Positions 31,537 through 41,432 of a stretch of DNA of 64,000 nt are shown here, piece after piece. Below the pieces are notes generated by a model, which worked only from the letters and a program-made list of their open reading frames with translations, had not been told where the DNA came from and did not search any database. The position numbers and the translations under genes were made by a program. Position 1 is the first letter of the stretch; each line of letters opens with the position of its first letter. The stretch comes from an uncultured Bacilli bacterium (GTDB taxonomy: Bacteria > Bacillota_I > Bacilli_A > RF39 > UBA660): the NCBI GenBank assembly GCA_934162665.1, contig CAKPJN010000005.1:17529-81528 (forward strand). Direction: 5' to 3'.

Positions 31537-32109
31537 TTAATCGAATCTCTTTTTAAAATATAAATATAAATTATAAAATATTGTAAATAATCCCCAAATT
31601 ACTAATATAAAATTACTAATTTGTATAATAGATAATATTATATTATTTTCATATAATAAAGCCTTATCAGCTAAATTAATAGAATTACTAATTGCTAAAG
31701 ATAAAAACAACATATATAAAAATAACATTAAACAAAACATACTATAATTAATAATCTTTTTAAAATTAGACATTTTTTTTGACATAAGTGTATATAAAAG
31801 TAATACTATAACAAATAACATTATAAAAAAATAAGCAATAGTAGAAGGAAAATAAATATAATTCATAATATATTTGAATAAAGCAGTAAAACATTGATAA
31901 GTATATTCATGATATCCCATTAAAATAATAAATAATAAAAATGGTAAAATAACCGAAATAACAATAGTATATATTTTATTATTCTTTTTTATATTGAAAA
32001 AAAGTATTAAAAATAAAAGAAGACAAATTATAAATATTTCAATACCCATAAAAGAAGATATTGCGTACTTAAAAACAGTACCTATCTTACCAAATATAGA
32101 CAAATCCAT
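31537..32109 (-). CDS. Hypothetical membrane protein (5 TM)
   Basis: Hydrophobic ORF directly downstream of the sortase gene. Confidence 0.4.
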   Translation of the reverse strand: MDLSIFGKIGTVFKYAISSFMGIEIFIICLLLFLILFFNIKKNNKIYTIVISVILPFLLFIILMGYHEYTYQCFTALFKYIMNYIYFPSTIAYFFIMLFVIVLLLYTLMSKKMSNFKKIINYSMFCLMLFLYMLFLSLAISNSINLADKALLYENNIILSIIQISNFILVIWGLFTIFYNLYLYFKKRFD

Positions 32110-32124
32110 ACTACTAGCCTCCTT

Positions 32125-32838
32125 CTATACTAATTCAAAAATATAAATTGTTTGATGATAATCATCATCTTTTGTACAAGTTATTAATGTAAGAGTGGTT
32201 TTATTATAATTTCTAACAATTGTAACACTACCATTCTTTGGGACATTATAAATATTTACTAATTGATATTTATATTTATCACCTTGATACGTAATATAAG
32301 CTTTATCACCAATACTTAGTTTATATAAATAAGCAAAAAATGATATATAAGCATCACCAGAATGAGCCATCAAAATCAAATTACCATTATTAACATCAGG
32401 CATACTGGACCCTCTAACTAAAGTAACATTATATTGAATATCATTATATTTTGAATCAGTATTGTAAAATCCCCTTTTTAAACTTATCCTTGGTATCTCA
32501 AGAACACCTAAATATTTACTATAATCAATTTTATTTTGATTATTATTGTTATTATTATCATTATTATTATCATTGTTAACATTATTATCAACTATATTAA
32601 CATTATCAGCAACAGGAACCTTAACAATCTCCTCTTTTTCATTATTGCTAACATCATTATCCATCATAGCTATTTTCATTTGTGAATACAAATCATCTTT
32701 TAATCCTTTAAAATAATCAGAACATAAAATCGTAACCCCAAAAAATATAAAGAAAGAGCCAATTAATAATAAATGACTCTTTTTTATCTTTTTATTACTG
32801 TTCGCGTTTTGGTGAAACATTTGCATAAATGATTCCAA
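32125..32838 (-). CDS. Sortase (class B-like) with N-terminal TM and a poly-Asn tract
   Basis: Catalytic LILMAHSG (His) and TLITCT (TLxTC Cys) motifs. NNVNNDNNNDNNNNNNQN linker. Confidence 0.7.
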   Translation of the reverse strand: MESFMQMFHQNANSNKKIKKSHLLLIGSFFIFFGVTILCSDYFKGLKDDLYSQMKIAMMDNDVSNNEKEEIVKVPVADNVNIVDNNVNNDNNNDNNNNNNQNKIDYSKYLGVLEIPRISLKRGFYNTDSKYNDIQYNVTLVRGSSMPDVNNGNLILMAHSGDAYISFFAYLYKLSIGDKAYITYQGDKYKYQLVNIYNVPKNGSVTIVRNYNKTTLTLITCTKDDDYHQTIYIFELV

Positions 32839-34033
32839 TACCTGCTAAAAGAATCAAAAGACCTATGAAATAAATAGTTTGAGAAATATTCATCTTAGTA
32901 TTAGGAACATCAGGAGTATAATTAAATGTTACATCAACACCCGTTTCCTTATCAGTATTAGCAAGTCTTACAGAAGTAATAGTTTGAGCCGGATTGCCAT
33001 CACTTAAAGTACCATTATAATAATTACCTGCATAATTTGAAAAATGACCTACTATTGATACCTTAATAGTTTTATTTTCCTCTGTAATTTCAGAAACAGG
33101 AACTTTTAAATAAAACTTAGTATTTGGAGTAAGAGACTCTGATGACCAAAACCCTTTCTTATATTCAAAACCTGCATTATTAATAGTATTACCATTTTCA
33201 TCAACTACAAGAGTTCCTTTAGGATAGTTTGTCAAATCAATTCTATAACCGTTAAAATTATCAGAAGGACTACCAGAAACAGTAATTAATGAAGATCTAT
33301 AATACTTCTCCTCACTGTCTAATGTGATTTTATCATTTTCAATACTAGCACTTAATTGAATATTTGGAGCAGTTCTATGATTTTTTGCATCTGCTACACG
33401 AGGCGCTATATATGTAGTATATATATCAGCATTTGCTTGATATGTACCATTATCATCATAAACAGAAGTAGCATTCCCATTTTTAATCATATCTACATCA
33501 AATGTATCATTACCAGAAACACCAGTTTCCTTTAAATATGTCCATATTGCAACTTGTGTAATCCAAGTTTGTAAAGGTTTAGCTAACTCATTACCATTTG
33601 AATCTACAAATGACTTGTTAGGATAACTATTAGCCATTAAATATAACAATCCATAATCAGTAATGGCTTCTCCCTTTTTATAAGTAATTCCACTACCAAA
33701 ATCAACATCATGTTCAAGACAGAAAACTTGAATTCCATCTGAAGTATAAAATGGTTGCAACCTAAATTTATTTTCAACACTAGCATTAGAAGTAATAAAA
33801 TTACCCGTAGTTTCAGCAGTAGTAAAAGTATCAGGTAACTGATTAGCTACATCAGGCAATGCATATGAGCTACCACCACCTACTCCAGCAAATGATGTAA
33901 ATACTACTGAAAACATAGTTACAATAGCAAGCGTAAATGAACACTTAACAGAAAAAGATGAATCAACTAATCTCCTAAAAAAAGACTTATTCTTATTGTT
34001 ATTCTCCATATAAATTTTTTCCATATTAAACAC
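32795..34033 (-). CDS. Surface protein with TQXA thioester-type domain (Cys and Gln both present) and a C-terminal membrane anchor/sorting region
   Basis: VFCLEHDVDF (Cys) and WITQVAIWTY (TQxA-I-W) in the N-terminal domain. Signal peptide and C-terminal hydrophobic segment plus basic tail (…PNTKMNISQ…LLAGIGIIY…KREQ). Confidence 0.6.
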   Translation of the reverse strand: MFNMEKIYMENNNKNKSFFRRLVDSSFSVKCSFTLAIVTMFSVVFTSFAGVGGGSSYALPDVANQLPDTFTTAETTGNFITSNASVENKFRLQPFYTSDGIQVFCLEHDVDFGSGITYKKGEAITDYGLLYLMANSYPNKSFVDSNGNELAKPLQTWITQVAIWTYLKETGVSGNDTFDVDMIKNGNATSVYDDNGTYQANADIYTTYIAPRVADAKNHRTAPNIQLSASIENDKITLDSEEKYYRSSLITVSGSPSDNFNGYRIDLTNYPKGTLVVDENGNTINNAGFEYKKGFWSSESLTPNTKFYLKVPVSEITEENKTIKVSIVGHFSNYAGNYYNGTLSDGNPAQTITSVRLANTDKETGVDVTFNYTPDVPNTKMNISQTIYFIGLLILLAGIGIIYANVSPKREQ

Positions 34034-34120
34034 CCTACCTTATAAAGGTATTATAACATAATTTTCAACTTTTAAAAGTACTTTTTTATAAAAAAGAAAA
34101 AAACACTTTTAATGTAATAA

Positions 34121-35338
34121 TTAATTACCGTGTTTTTTTATAACATTAATATAAACAATAGAAATACCAAACAAAATCAATAAAAGACCTACAACATACA
34201 AATATTTTGAAATACCCATATGAGTATCAGGAACATTAGCGGTATAATTAAACTCTATATAAGAATCTTTATTTAAATTCGTATCTAAAAGTTTAGTAGT
34301 TACCAATCTTCCAAAATCACCAGATGTATATATATTACCCTCATAATTACTGAAAGAACCACTAATAGAAACACTAACATTCTTATTATTTTCATTAAGA
34401 GAATTTATAGGTACTTTTAAATAAAATTTTGATACAGATATATTATCTGAAATAAATTCATTACTATTACTACTAATATTTTTAATTTCATTTCCAACAT
34501 CATCAATTACTAAAAGACCATCTGGGCAATTATTAATCTTAATTGAATATCCATTAAATTTATCAATAGAGCTTCCTTCTACTGTGATTAAAGAAGATTT
34601 TAAATACTTCTCATCACTATCTAATAAAACTTTGTCATTTTCTAAACTAACTTCTAAATTTTTATTACTAATATTTCTATGTTCTAAAGCAACTTTTACA
34701 AGTGGTTCTATATACTCTGTATATAAAGTCTTCTGAACTCCATTTTCATCTTTACCAAGGTATGGACTTATAGTAGTCTGTACACCACCCATAGAAATCA
34801 AATCAGTTTCTAATTTAATATTAGCTAAATCAGTATCCGTTAAATTGTTATCAACACCAATTTCTTTTTGATAAATCCAAATAGCCATCTGTGTTATCCA
34901 AGTTTGAAATCTAGAATCTAAAGGTCTACCATCAGGAACTGTAAATTCAACATAAGGATAAGCATGAGACATTAAATAAACCAAACCATAATCAGTAACA
35001 CCATCACCCTTATTATAAGTATAATTTTGATATATATCTTTCTTATAATCCAGACTAAATACTGACTCGCCATTATTAGCTAAATAATTATAAACAACTG
35101 GAGTAGAATGAAATCCCCATAATTTATATTTACCATAAGAAACCACAAAACTACTATCAAAATCATTAGTGTCTTGATCAGGTAACGCATATGTCTGATT
35201 ACCATTATTTATACTAACAAAAGACGCAAACAAAACAGAATACATAGTTACAACAGCAAGCACAAAAGAACATTTTACAGAAAAGGACAAATTCCCCATT
35301 TTTTTGAAATTTGATTTTCTCTTACTCAAATTAAACAC
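34121..35338 (-). CDS. Paralogous TQXA-domain surface protein lacking the thioester cysteine (Ser at the equivalent position)
   Basis: WITQMAIWIY is conserved, but the equivalent of CLEHD reads VFSLDYKKD. Same signal peptide and C-terminal anchor architecture (…VPDTHMGISK…LILFGISIVY…KKHGN). Confidence 0.55.
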   Translation of the reverse strand: MFNLSKRKSNFKKMGNLSFSVKCSFVLAVVTMYSVLFASFVSINNGNQTYALPDQDTNDFDSSFVVSYGKYKLWGFHSTPVVYNYLANNGESVFSLDYKKDIYQNYTYNKGDGVTDYGLVYLMSHAYPYVEFTVPDGRPLDSRFQTWITQMAIWIYQKEIGVDNNLTDTDLANIKLETDLISMGGVQTTISPYLGKDENGVQKTLYTEYIEPLVKVALEHRNISNKNLEVSLENDKVLLDSDEKYLKSSLITVEGSSIDKFNGYSIKINNCPDGLLVIDDVGNEIKNISSNSNEFISDNISVSKFYLKVPINSLNENNKNVSVSISGSFSNYEGNIYTSGDFGRLVTTKLLDTNLNKDSYIEFNYTANVPDTHMGISKYLYVVGLLLILFGISIVYINVIKKHGN

Positions 35339-35386
35339 CTACCTTTGAAACAATATAACATATTACATATAGTTTTAAAAGACCTT

Positions 35387-36613
35387 TTATCTTATTTCAA
35401 AAAAGCCTAACACTTTTGCCTCATCAATTACATTATTAGTATAAACCCTACATAATATATCGCCAATATTTATATATTCTCCAATTTTCTTATTAATATG
35501 AATACCAACACTATAATCGATCTCATCACTCTTATTTTTTCTTCCAGCTCCAATTGAAACTGATAATTTTCCAAATGATAAAGCATCCATTCCAACTAAA
35601 GTACCAGAAACATTTGATTTAATATCAACATATTTATCAGAAACTTCAAGCCCACTAATATCTCCACCCTGATACTTAACAAGCTCTAAAAATTTATTAT
35701 ATGCACTACCACTATCAATAGAATTATTTACTAATTCTATAGCAGCTTCTTTAGAAATATTTTTACCCATACTAATCATTTCACTAGCTAAATCAATACA
35801 TAACTCTACTAAATTACTATCTTTTTCCTTACCTGTCAAAACATCAATTGCCTCAATTACTTCTAAACTATTACCTATATTATTACCAAGTGGTACACTC
35901 ATATCACTAATAATAGTTCTAACTTCTTTATTATAATATTTACCAATTTCTATCATTAAATTACTTAAAGTAACTGCATCATCTTTATTTTCTAACAATG
36001 CTCCTGATCCATATTTAACATCAATGAGTATTTTATCAGCTCCACCAGCTATCTTTTTACTCATAATACTAGTCGCAATCAAAGGAATAGAAGAAACCGT
36101 ACCAGTTACATCACGAAGTGCATATACCATCTTATCAAGTGGTGTTAAATTATTTGTTTGCCCAGTAATTACAACTCCAATATCACTAGCTTGCTTAATA
36201 ACTTGTTCCATAGATAAATCTGTTCTAAAACCAGGAATAGATTCTAACTTATCAATAGTACCACCAGTATGTCCAAGTCCTCTACCACTCATTTTAACAA
36301 CAACAATATCACAAGACGCAACAATAGGTGCAATAATCAAAGTAGTTTTATCTCCTACTCCTCCTGTTGAATGCTTATCAACTTTAATACCAGGAATATT
36401 ATCATAAGACAAAATATCACCACTATTAATAAATATCTTAGTCAAATCAAATATTTCCTGATTACTCATTCCATTAATACAAATTGCCATAAGTAAAGAA
36501 GACATTTGATAATCTTTAACCTCTCCATTTAAATAACCATTAAAAAAATACTCAAGTTCTGAATAAGTAAGATTTTGACCCAATCTTTTTTTATTAATAA
36601 TATCAACTATCAT
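35387..36613 (-). CDS. pdp: Pyrimidine-nucleoside (thymidine) phosphorylase
   Basis: N-terminal glycosyl transferase family 3 helical domain (MSSLLMAICINGM), phosphate-binding HSTGGVGDK, C-terminal PYNP domain. Confidence 0.85.
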   Translation of the reverse strand: MIVDIINKKRLGQNLTYSELEYFFNGYLNGEVKDYQMSSLLMAICINGMSNQEIFDLTKIFINSGDILSYDNIPGIKVDKHSTGGVGDKTTLIIAPIVASCDIVVVKMSGRGLGHTGGTIDKLESIPGFRTDLSMEQVIKQASDIGVVITGQTNNLTPLDKMVYALRDVTGTVSSIPLIATSIMSKKIAGGADKILIDVKYGSGALLENKDDAVTLSNLMIEIGKYYNKEVRTIISDMSVPLGNNIGNSLEVIEAIDVLTGKEKDSNLVELCIDLASEMISMGKNISKEAAIELVNNSIDSGSAYNKFLELVKYQGGDISGLEVSDKYVDIKSNVSGTLVGMDALSFGKLSVSIGAGRKNKSDEIDYSVGIHINKKIGEYINIGDILCRVYTNNVIDEAKVLGFFEIR

Positions 36614-37242
36614 ATAACATCCTCCAAATCATCATTTTTATAATAACCATTTTTATAAATTTCCGTACCACGATTAATATATAAACTATCATCATTTATA
36701 TCTTTAGTAACTATAGAGCCAGCTCCAATCAAAGAATTACTTCCAATACTAACTGGTGACACTATAGTTGAATTAGAACCAATACTAGAAAAATCCGAAA
36801 CAACGGAATTACTCTTTCTATTCTTTTTACTATGGTAGTTAGCAACTACAACTCCTGCTCCAAAATTAACATTACTAGATACAGTAGTATTCCCAATATA
36901 AGTTAAATGTTTTAAATTATTAAAATCACCTATCTTAGAATTTTTAATTTCAACATAACTACCAATTTTATTAGAATTTCCTATTTCATTATTTTCCCCA
37001 AGATGAGAAAATGGACCAATTTTATTACTATCACCAATTCTATTACCACATTCTATAACAGATGAAATAATATAATTATCATTACCAATAACACTATTAT
37101 TAATAATAGTATTTGAGTCAATAACAGTATTATCCCCAATAATTGTTTTACCTCTAATTACTACATTAGGATAAATCGTAACATTTTCACCAACAATTAC
37201 CTCTTTATCAATATAAGTAGTAGCTTTATCAATAATATTCAT
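36610..37242 (-). CDS. Left-handed beta-helix (hexapeptide-repeat) acyltransferase
   Basis: Reiterated [LIV]G.N..I hexapeptide repeats throughout. No N-terminal nucleotidyltransferase domain. Confidence 0.55.
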   Translation of the reverse strand: MNIIDKATTYIDKEVIVGENVTIYPNVVIRGKTIIGDNTVIDSNTIINNSVIGNDNYIISSVIECGNRIGDSNKIGPFSHLGENNEIGNSNKIGSYVEIKNSKIGDFNNLKHLTYIGNTTVSSNVNFGAGVVVANYHSKKNRKSNSVVSDFSSIGSNSTIVSPVSIGSNSLIGAGSIVTKDINDDSLYINRGTEIYKNGYYKNDDLEDVI

Positions 37243-37350
37243 ATAACAACCCTACCTTCAAGATGTATTATATCATTAAGAAAAAAAAATCACTAGTTTT
37301 AACTAGTAATTTTTAAAAACTTTACAATACAAGGAACCGTATAGATAATC

Positions 37351-37695
37351 TTAATCTTTTTCTAAAGAATCTTCTTTACTTTTAGAAGATAAAAAAGTCA
37401 CTTTTTCTGCAATAATCTCATTTACTGTTTCGCGTCTTTCTTCCTTCTCAATTACTCTAGACTGCACTCGACCTTTAATACCAACTATATCGCCTTTTCT
37501 ACAATATTCATGAGTATTTTCTGCAACTCCATCAAAAGCAATACACTTAATAAAATCAGTATCATAAGTACCATCTACATTCTTAAAGCTTCTAGGAATA
37601 GCTAACGTAATATTAGAAATTTTTCTTCCCTTTTCACTTTTATTAATCTGTAAATCCTGAACAAGTCTTCCTACTAATACAACCTGATTTAACAT
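37351..37695 (-). CDS. ssb: Single-stranded DNA-binding protein (short form, no acidic C-terminal tail)
   Basis: OB-fold (VVLVGRLVQD...ITLAIPRSFKN...DFIKCIAFDGVAEN...GDIVGIKGRVQSR). Confidence 0.7.
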   Translation of the reverse strand: MLNQVVLVGRLVQDLQINKSEKGRKISNITLAIPRSFKNVDGTYDTDFIKCIAFDGVAENTHEYCRKGDIVGIKGRVQSRVIEKEERRETVNEIIAEKVTFLSSKSKEDSLEKD

Positions 37696-37821
37696 AGAAC
37701 ACCTCCTTTCTGGAAGTATAATATGAAATGTTTATCTAAATTGCAAACGACCAATTTACAATTTTAAAGACTCATATTAGTGGAAAAATTGTATATTTCA
37801 AGCAAAATATGTAATTTTAAC

Positions 37822-37847
37822 AAAAAAAACTTGTCGAAAATACAAGT
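37822..37847 (-). terminator. Rho-independent terminator after sufB (hairpin acttgtcgaaaatacaagt plus a U-run)
   Basis: 7-bp stem with 5-nt loop followed by tttttttt on the minus strand, about 10 nt after the sufB stop. Confidence 0.55.
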
Positions 37848-37856
37848 TTCATACAT

Positions 37857-39203
37857 TTATAAATTTCTTTTAATTAATTGATTTAATTCAACTGCATATT
37901 CCATAGGTAATTCTTCTCTAAACTTTTCCAAGAAACCAAGTACTATTAATTCCATAGCCCTTTCACGAGAAATACCCCTACTCATTAAATAAAACAAATT
38001 ATCTTCACTAATTTTTGAAACAGTAGCTTCATGTTCAATACTACTATTAACGTTATAGCAACTATTAACAGGTATAGTATCACTTTTTGATTTTTCATCT
38101 AGTATTAAAGTATCACACTTTACATTACCACTACTATTTTCTGCTTTCGTATCAATAAAAACTTTACCACGATAAGTAGCATTCCCACCATTTTGAGCAA
38201 TACTTTTTGAAATGATATTACTAGTTGTATTCTTACCTAAATGAATCATTCTAGCACCACTATCTTGTTCTTGATTAGAAGACGCTACACTAATAGTAAT
38301 ACAAGTACCACGAGAATTATCTCCCTTTAACACACAACAAGGATATTTCATCGTAACTTTACTACCAATATTACCATCAATCCACTCCATTGTACCACCA
38401 TCATCTACTAACGCACGCTTAGTAACTAGATTATATACATTAGGTGCCCAATTTTGAATAGTAGAATAACGACACTTACTATTTTTTCCAACATAAATTT
38501 CAACAACAGCAGCATGTAAAGAAGAATCACTATAGGTAGGAGCAGTACAACCTTCAATATAATGTAAACTACTATTATCATCAACTACAATCAAAGTTCT
38601 TTCAAACTGTCCCATGTTACGACTATTAATTCTAAAATAACTTTGTAAAGGTCTATCTAAGGTAGTATTTTTAGGAATATATATAAAACTCCCTCCACTA
38701 AAAACGGCTCCATTTAATGCAGAAAATTTATTTTCCTTATTACTAACAATTTTTCCAAAATACTTCTTAACAATATCCGGATACTTTTTCATCGCAACTT
38801 CAATTGAAGTAAAAATAATCTTTTTATCCTCAAGTTCCTTTAACATATTATGATAGATTACTTCACTTTCATACTGAACACCCATACCACCAAGATGCTT
38901 TTCAGACTCAAGCACTCCAAGTTGATCCAACTCATCTTTAACAGGTTTTAAAACACTATTCCAATCATTCTCTATCTTTTCATCATTGTCATTTGATTTA
39001 TAATATATTACCTTATCAAAATCTAAATCTAATTTAGGTCCAAATTTAGGCATCTCAATATTTAAAAAATTATTAAAACTATCAATTCTAAATTTTCTAA
39101 CCCAATCTTCTTCATTCTTTTTCAAAGATATCTTTTCTACTTTATCTAAATCAATCCCAACTATTTCCATCAAATCACCTGCCTCAACCTTTGTATAAAA
39201 CAT
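37857..39203 (-). CDS. sufB: Fe-S cluster assembly protein SufB
   Basis: SufB/SufD beta-helix domain. Its 448 aa length fits SufB. Confidence 0.85.
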   Translation of the reverse strand: MFYTKVEAGDLMEIVGIDLDKVEKISLKKNEEDWVRKFRIDSFNNFLNIEMPKFGPKLDLDFDKVIYYKSNDNDEKIENDWNSVLKPVKDELDQLGVLESEKHLGGMGVQYESEVIYHNMLKELEDKKIIFTSIEVAMKKYPDIVKKYFGKIVSNKENKFSALNGAVFSGGSFIYIPKNTTLDRPLQSYFRINSRNMGQFERTLIVVDDNSSLHYIEGCTAPTYSDSSLHAAVVEIYVGKNSKCRYSTIQNWAPNVYNLVTKRALVDDGGTMEWIDGNIGSKVTMKYPCCVLKGDNSRGTCITISVASSNQEQDSGARMIHLGKNTTSNIISKSIAQNGGNATYRGKVFIDTKAENSSGNVKCDTLILDEKSKSDTIPVNSCYNVNSSIEHEATVSKISEDNLFYLMSRGISRERAMELIVLGFLEKFREELPMEYAVELNQLIKRNL

Positions 39204-39631
39204 TAATTATTATCAACAGCATCTAACATCTTTTCAATTGCTTTACTTGGAAGAAGTGCACACGTTTTTCTATTAGGTTGTTTATATATCTCATCATAAA
39301 CATTCAATTCACCTAACAATTCCTTATCATATTCTTCTTCATTAATCATATTTTTATAATTAACAAGTATTTTCTTACCTTCTTCTACACTTTTACCAAT
39401 CAAACTTCTAATCATTATAGAAGTAGCACTAGTACTAATTGCGCAAGCTTCTCCATCAAATACGATATCTTTAATTACTCCATCTTCAATTTTCATCATA
39501 ATATCTATATTATCTATACAACTATCATTATTGGTATTTTCTCTTAAATAACTATTATCAGAAACAAGTCCCTTATTCATAGGATTTTGATAATTATCCA
39601 ATATGATTTCACGTCTTAAATTACTATCCAT
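39203..39631 (-). CDS. sufU: SufU/IscU-like Fe-S (sulfur transfer) scaffold
   Basis: NifU-like N-terminal domain (DNYQNPMNKG...GEACAISTSA). Confidence 0.7.
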   Translation of the reverse strand: MDSNLRREIILDNYQNPMNKGLVSDNSYLRENTNNDSCIDNIDIMMKIEDGVIKDIVFDGEACAISTSATSIMIRSLIGKSVEEGKKILVNYKNMINEEEYDKELLGELNVYDEIYKQPNRKTCALLPSKAIEKMLDAVDNN

Positions 39632-40827
39632 TATAAAACCACCTTAAATATATCTTTACTTTGTTTTAATACCCTAACTAATCTATCAACATCATCTTTG
39701 CTATTATACAAATACATACTAACACGAACTGTATTCTTAATATTAATCTCATCCTTTAACATTTTAGCACAATGATTACCAGCTCTAACATAAATATGAT
39801 AATGATTTAAATAAATTGATGCATCTTGAGCAAATACTCCTTCTATATTAAAAGCTAAAATTCCAGTATTAGAATTTTTATTATATAAAACAATATTTGA
39901 TATTTTAGAAAGTTCTTCAACCATATATTTTTTTAATTCTTTTTCATGATTATGAATATTGTCCATTCCAATCGAAGTTAAATAATTAATTGCTTCTCCT
40001 AGACCAATAACCTCAGCAATAGGAGGTGTCCCTGCTTCAAATTTAATAGGTGCACTCTTTAATTCATAACTCATATCATACTCAAAATATTGATTCATTC
40101 CCCCACCATAAAATATAGGATCCATATCATCTAATAAATCTTTTTTTCCAACTAATACTCCAACACCAGTAGGTCCACACATTTTATGACCAGAAAATGC
40201 TAAAAAGTCCATATTAGAATCTATAAAATCAACCTTCATATGCGGTACACTTTGAGCGCCATCTACACAAAATAAAATATTTCTTTCCTTACAAATTCTT
40301 CCTATTTCTTTTGTATCTCTAACATCACCTATAACATTAGTAACCTGAGCAATAGAAATAACTTTAGTCTTTTCTGTAATACTATTTAAAACATTATCAA
40401 CTGTAAGTTCATACTCCTCATTTAAAGGCATGAATTTAACCACAATGCCAATTTCTTCCGCAAGTCTGTACCAAGGTAAAACATTCGATGCATGTTCAGA
40501 TCTTGTAATTAAAACCTCATCACCTTTTTTCAAATGTTTCTTCATATAACCAAATACAACCAAATTCAAAGAACTAGTCGCCCCATTTGTAAAAACAACT
40601 TGCTCACTACTATCACAATGAATAAAATCTCTAACTATATCACGTACACCATCATAAAGTTTATTAGTAATAGAAGCAGCTTCATAGTCCCCCCTATGAA
40701 TATTAGAAGTATACTTAGTATAATAATCCACCATCTTTGAAACAACACAATTAGGCTTCAACGTAGTTGCTCCATTATCAAAAAAGACAATATCAGAATC
40801 TAACATTAAAAAATCTTCTCGATTCAT
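39631..40827 (-). CDS. sufS: Cysteine desulfurase SufS (class V aminotransferase)
   Basis: PLP lysine region FSGHKMCGPTG. Adjacent to sufU. Confidence 0.85.
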   Translation of the reverse strand: MNREDFLMLDSDIVFFDNGATTLKPNCVVSKMVDYYTKYTSNIHRGDYEAASITNKLYDGVRDIVRDFIHCDSSEQVVFTNGATSSLNLVVFGYMKKHLKKGDEVLITRSEHASNVLPWYRLAEEIGIVVKFMPLNEEYELTVDNVLNSITEKTKVISIAQVTNVIGDVRDTKEIGRICKERNILFCVDGAQSVPHMKVDFIDSNMDFLAFSGHKMCGPTGVGVLVGKKDLLDDMDPIFYGGGMNQYFEYDMSYELKSAPIKFEAGTPPIAEVIGLGEAINYLTSIGMDNIHNHEKELKKYMVEELSKISNIVLYNKNSNTGILAFNIEGVFAQDASIYLNHYHIYVRAGNHCAKMLKDEINIKNTVRVSMYLYNSKDDVDRLVRVLKQSKDIFKVVL

Positions 40828-40838
40828 ATTATCACCTC

Positions 40839-41432
40839 CTAAATACGATTAATACAATCTATAAACTCAGTAATTTTATTAGTATCAATAGAATCACTAC
40901 TAATTAAAAATCCATTTATCAAAAGATCATAACATCTTTTTTTACTAATACCACGACTCATCAAATAAAACATAATATCATCCTTAAATTTACCAATATA
41001 TGCAGCATGATTACTATCTACATTATAATTATCTATTAACAAATTAGGTCTAATGGTACTTTTACCATTACTAATATTAATAATTTGATTATCTTGATTA
41101 CAAATACAACCATCACTTTCTTTTAATACAACTCCATCTACTCTAAAATCAAGATGTGAATCTCCTACATTAACCCCATGATTAAATACTTCACTATGAG
41201 TATTACTCTTTAAATGATTAACTGTAATATTAAAGTAATTATCATCATAATTTATATCACTATAATAATAATATAAAGTTATATCTTCTTTTTCCAAATT
41301 AATTAAAACATTACTACTGCTATTAATACTAAAATGATAAATAATAGTATCTTCATTTATATTATATTTATAATCTTTTTTTTCGTTATTATCTATTATA
41401 TATAATATTTTATTCATCTTCATCATTCTCAC
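40839..41432 (-). CDS. sufD: Short SufD-like protein (197 aa, C-terminal SufBD beta-helix only)
   Basis: FYLMSRGISKKRCYDLLINGF matches the conserved SufB/SufD C-terminal motif. The protein is about half the usual SufD length. Confidence 0.6.
   Translation of the reverse strand: MRMMKMNKILYIIDNNEKKDYKYNINEDTIIYHFSINSSSNVLINLEKEDITLYYYYSDINYDDNYFNITVNHLKSNTHSEVFNHGVNVGDSHLDFRVDGVVLKESDGCICNQDNQIINISNGKSTIRPNLLIDNYNVDSNHAAYIGKFKDDIMFYLMSRGISKKRCYDLLINGFLISSDSIDTNKITEFIDCINRI

Noticed and set aside
36024-36407. 127-aa plus ORF inside pdp
   Set aside because: Antisense to the conserved phosphorylase.
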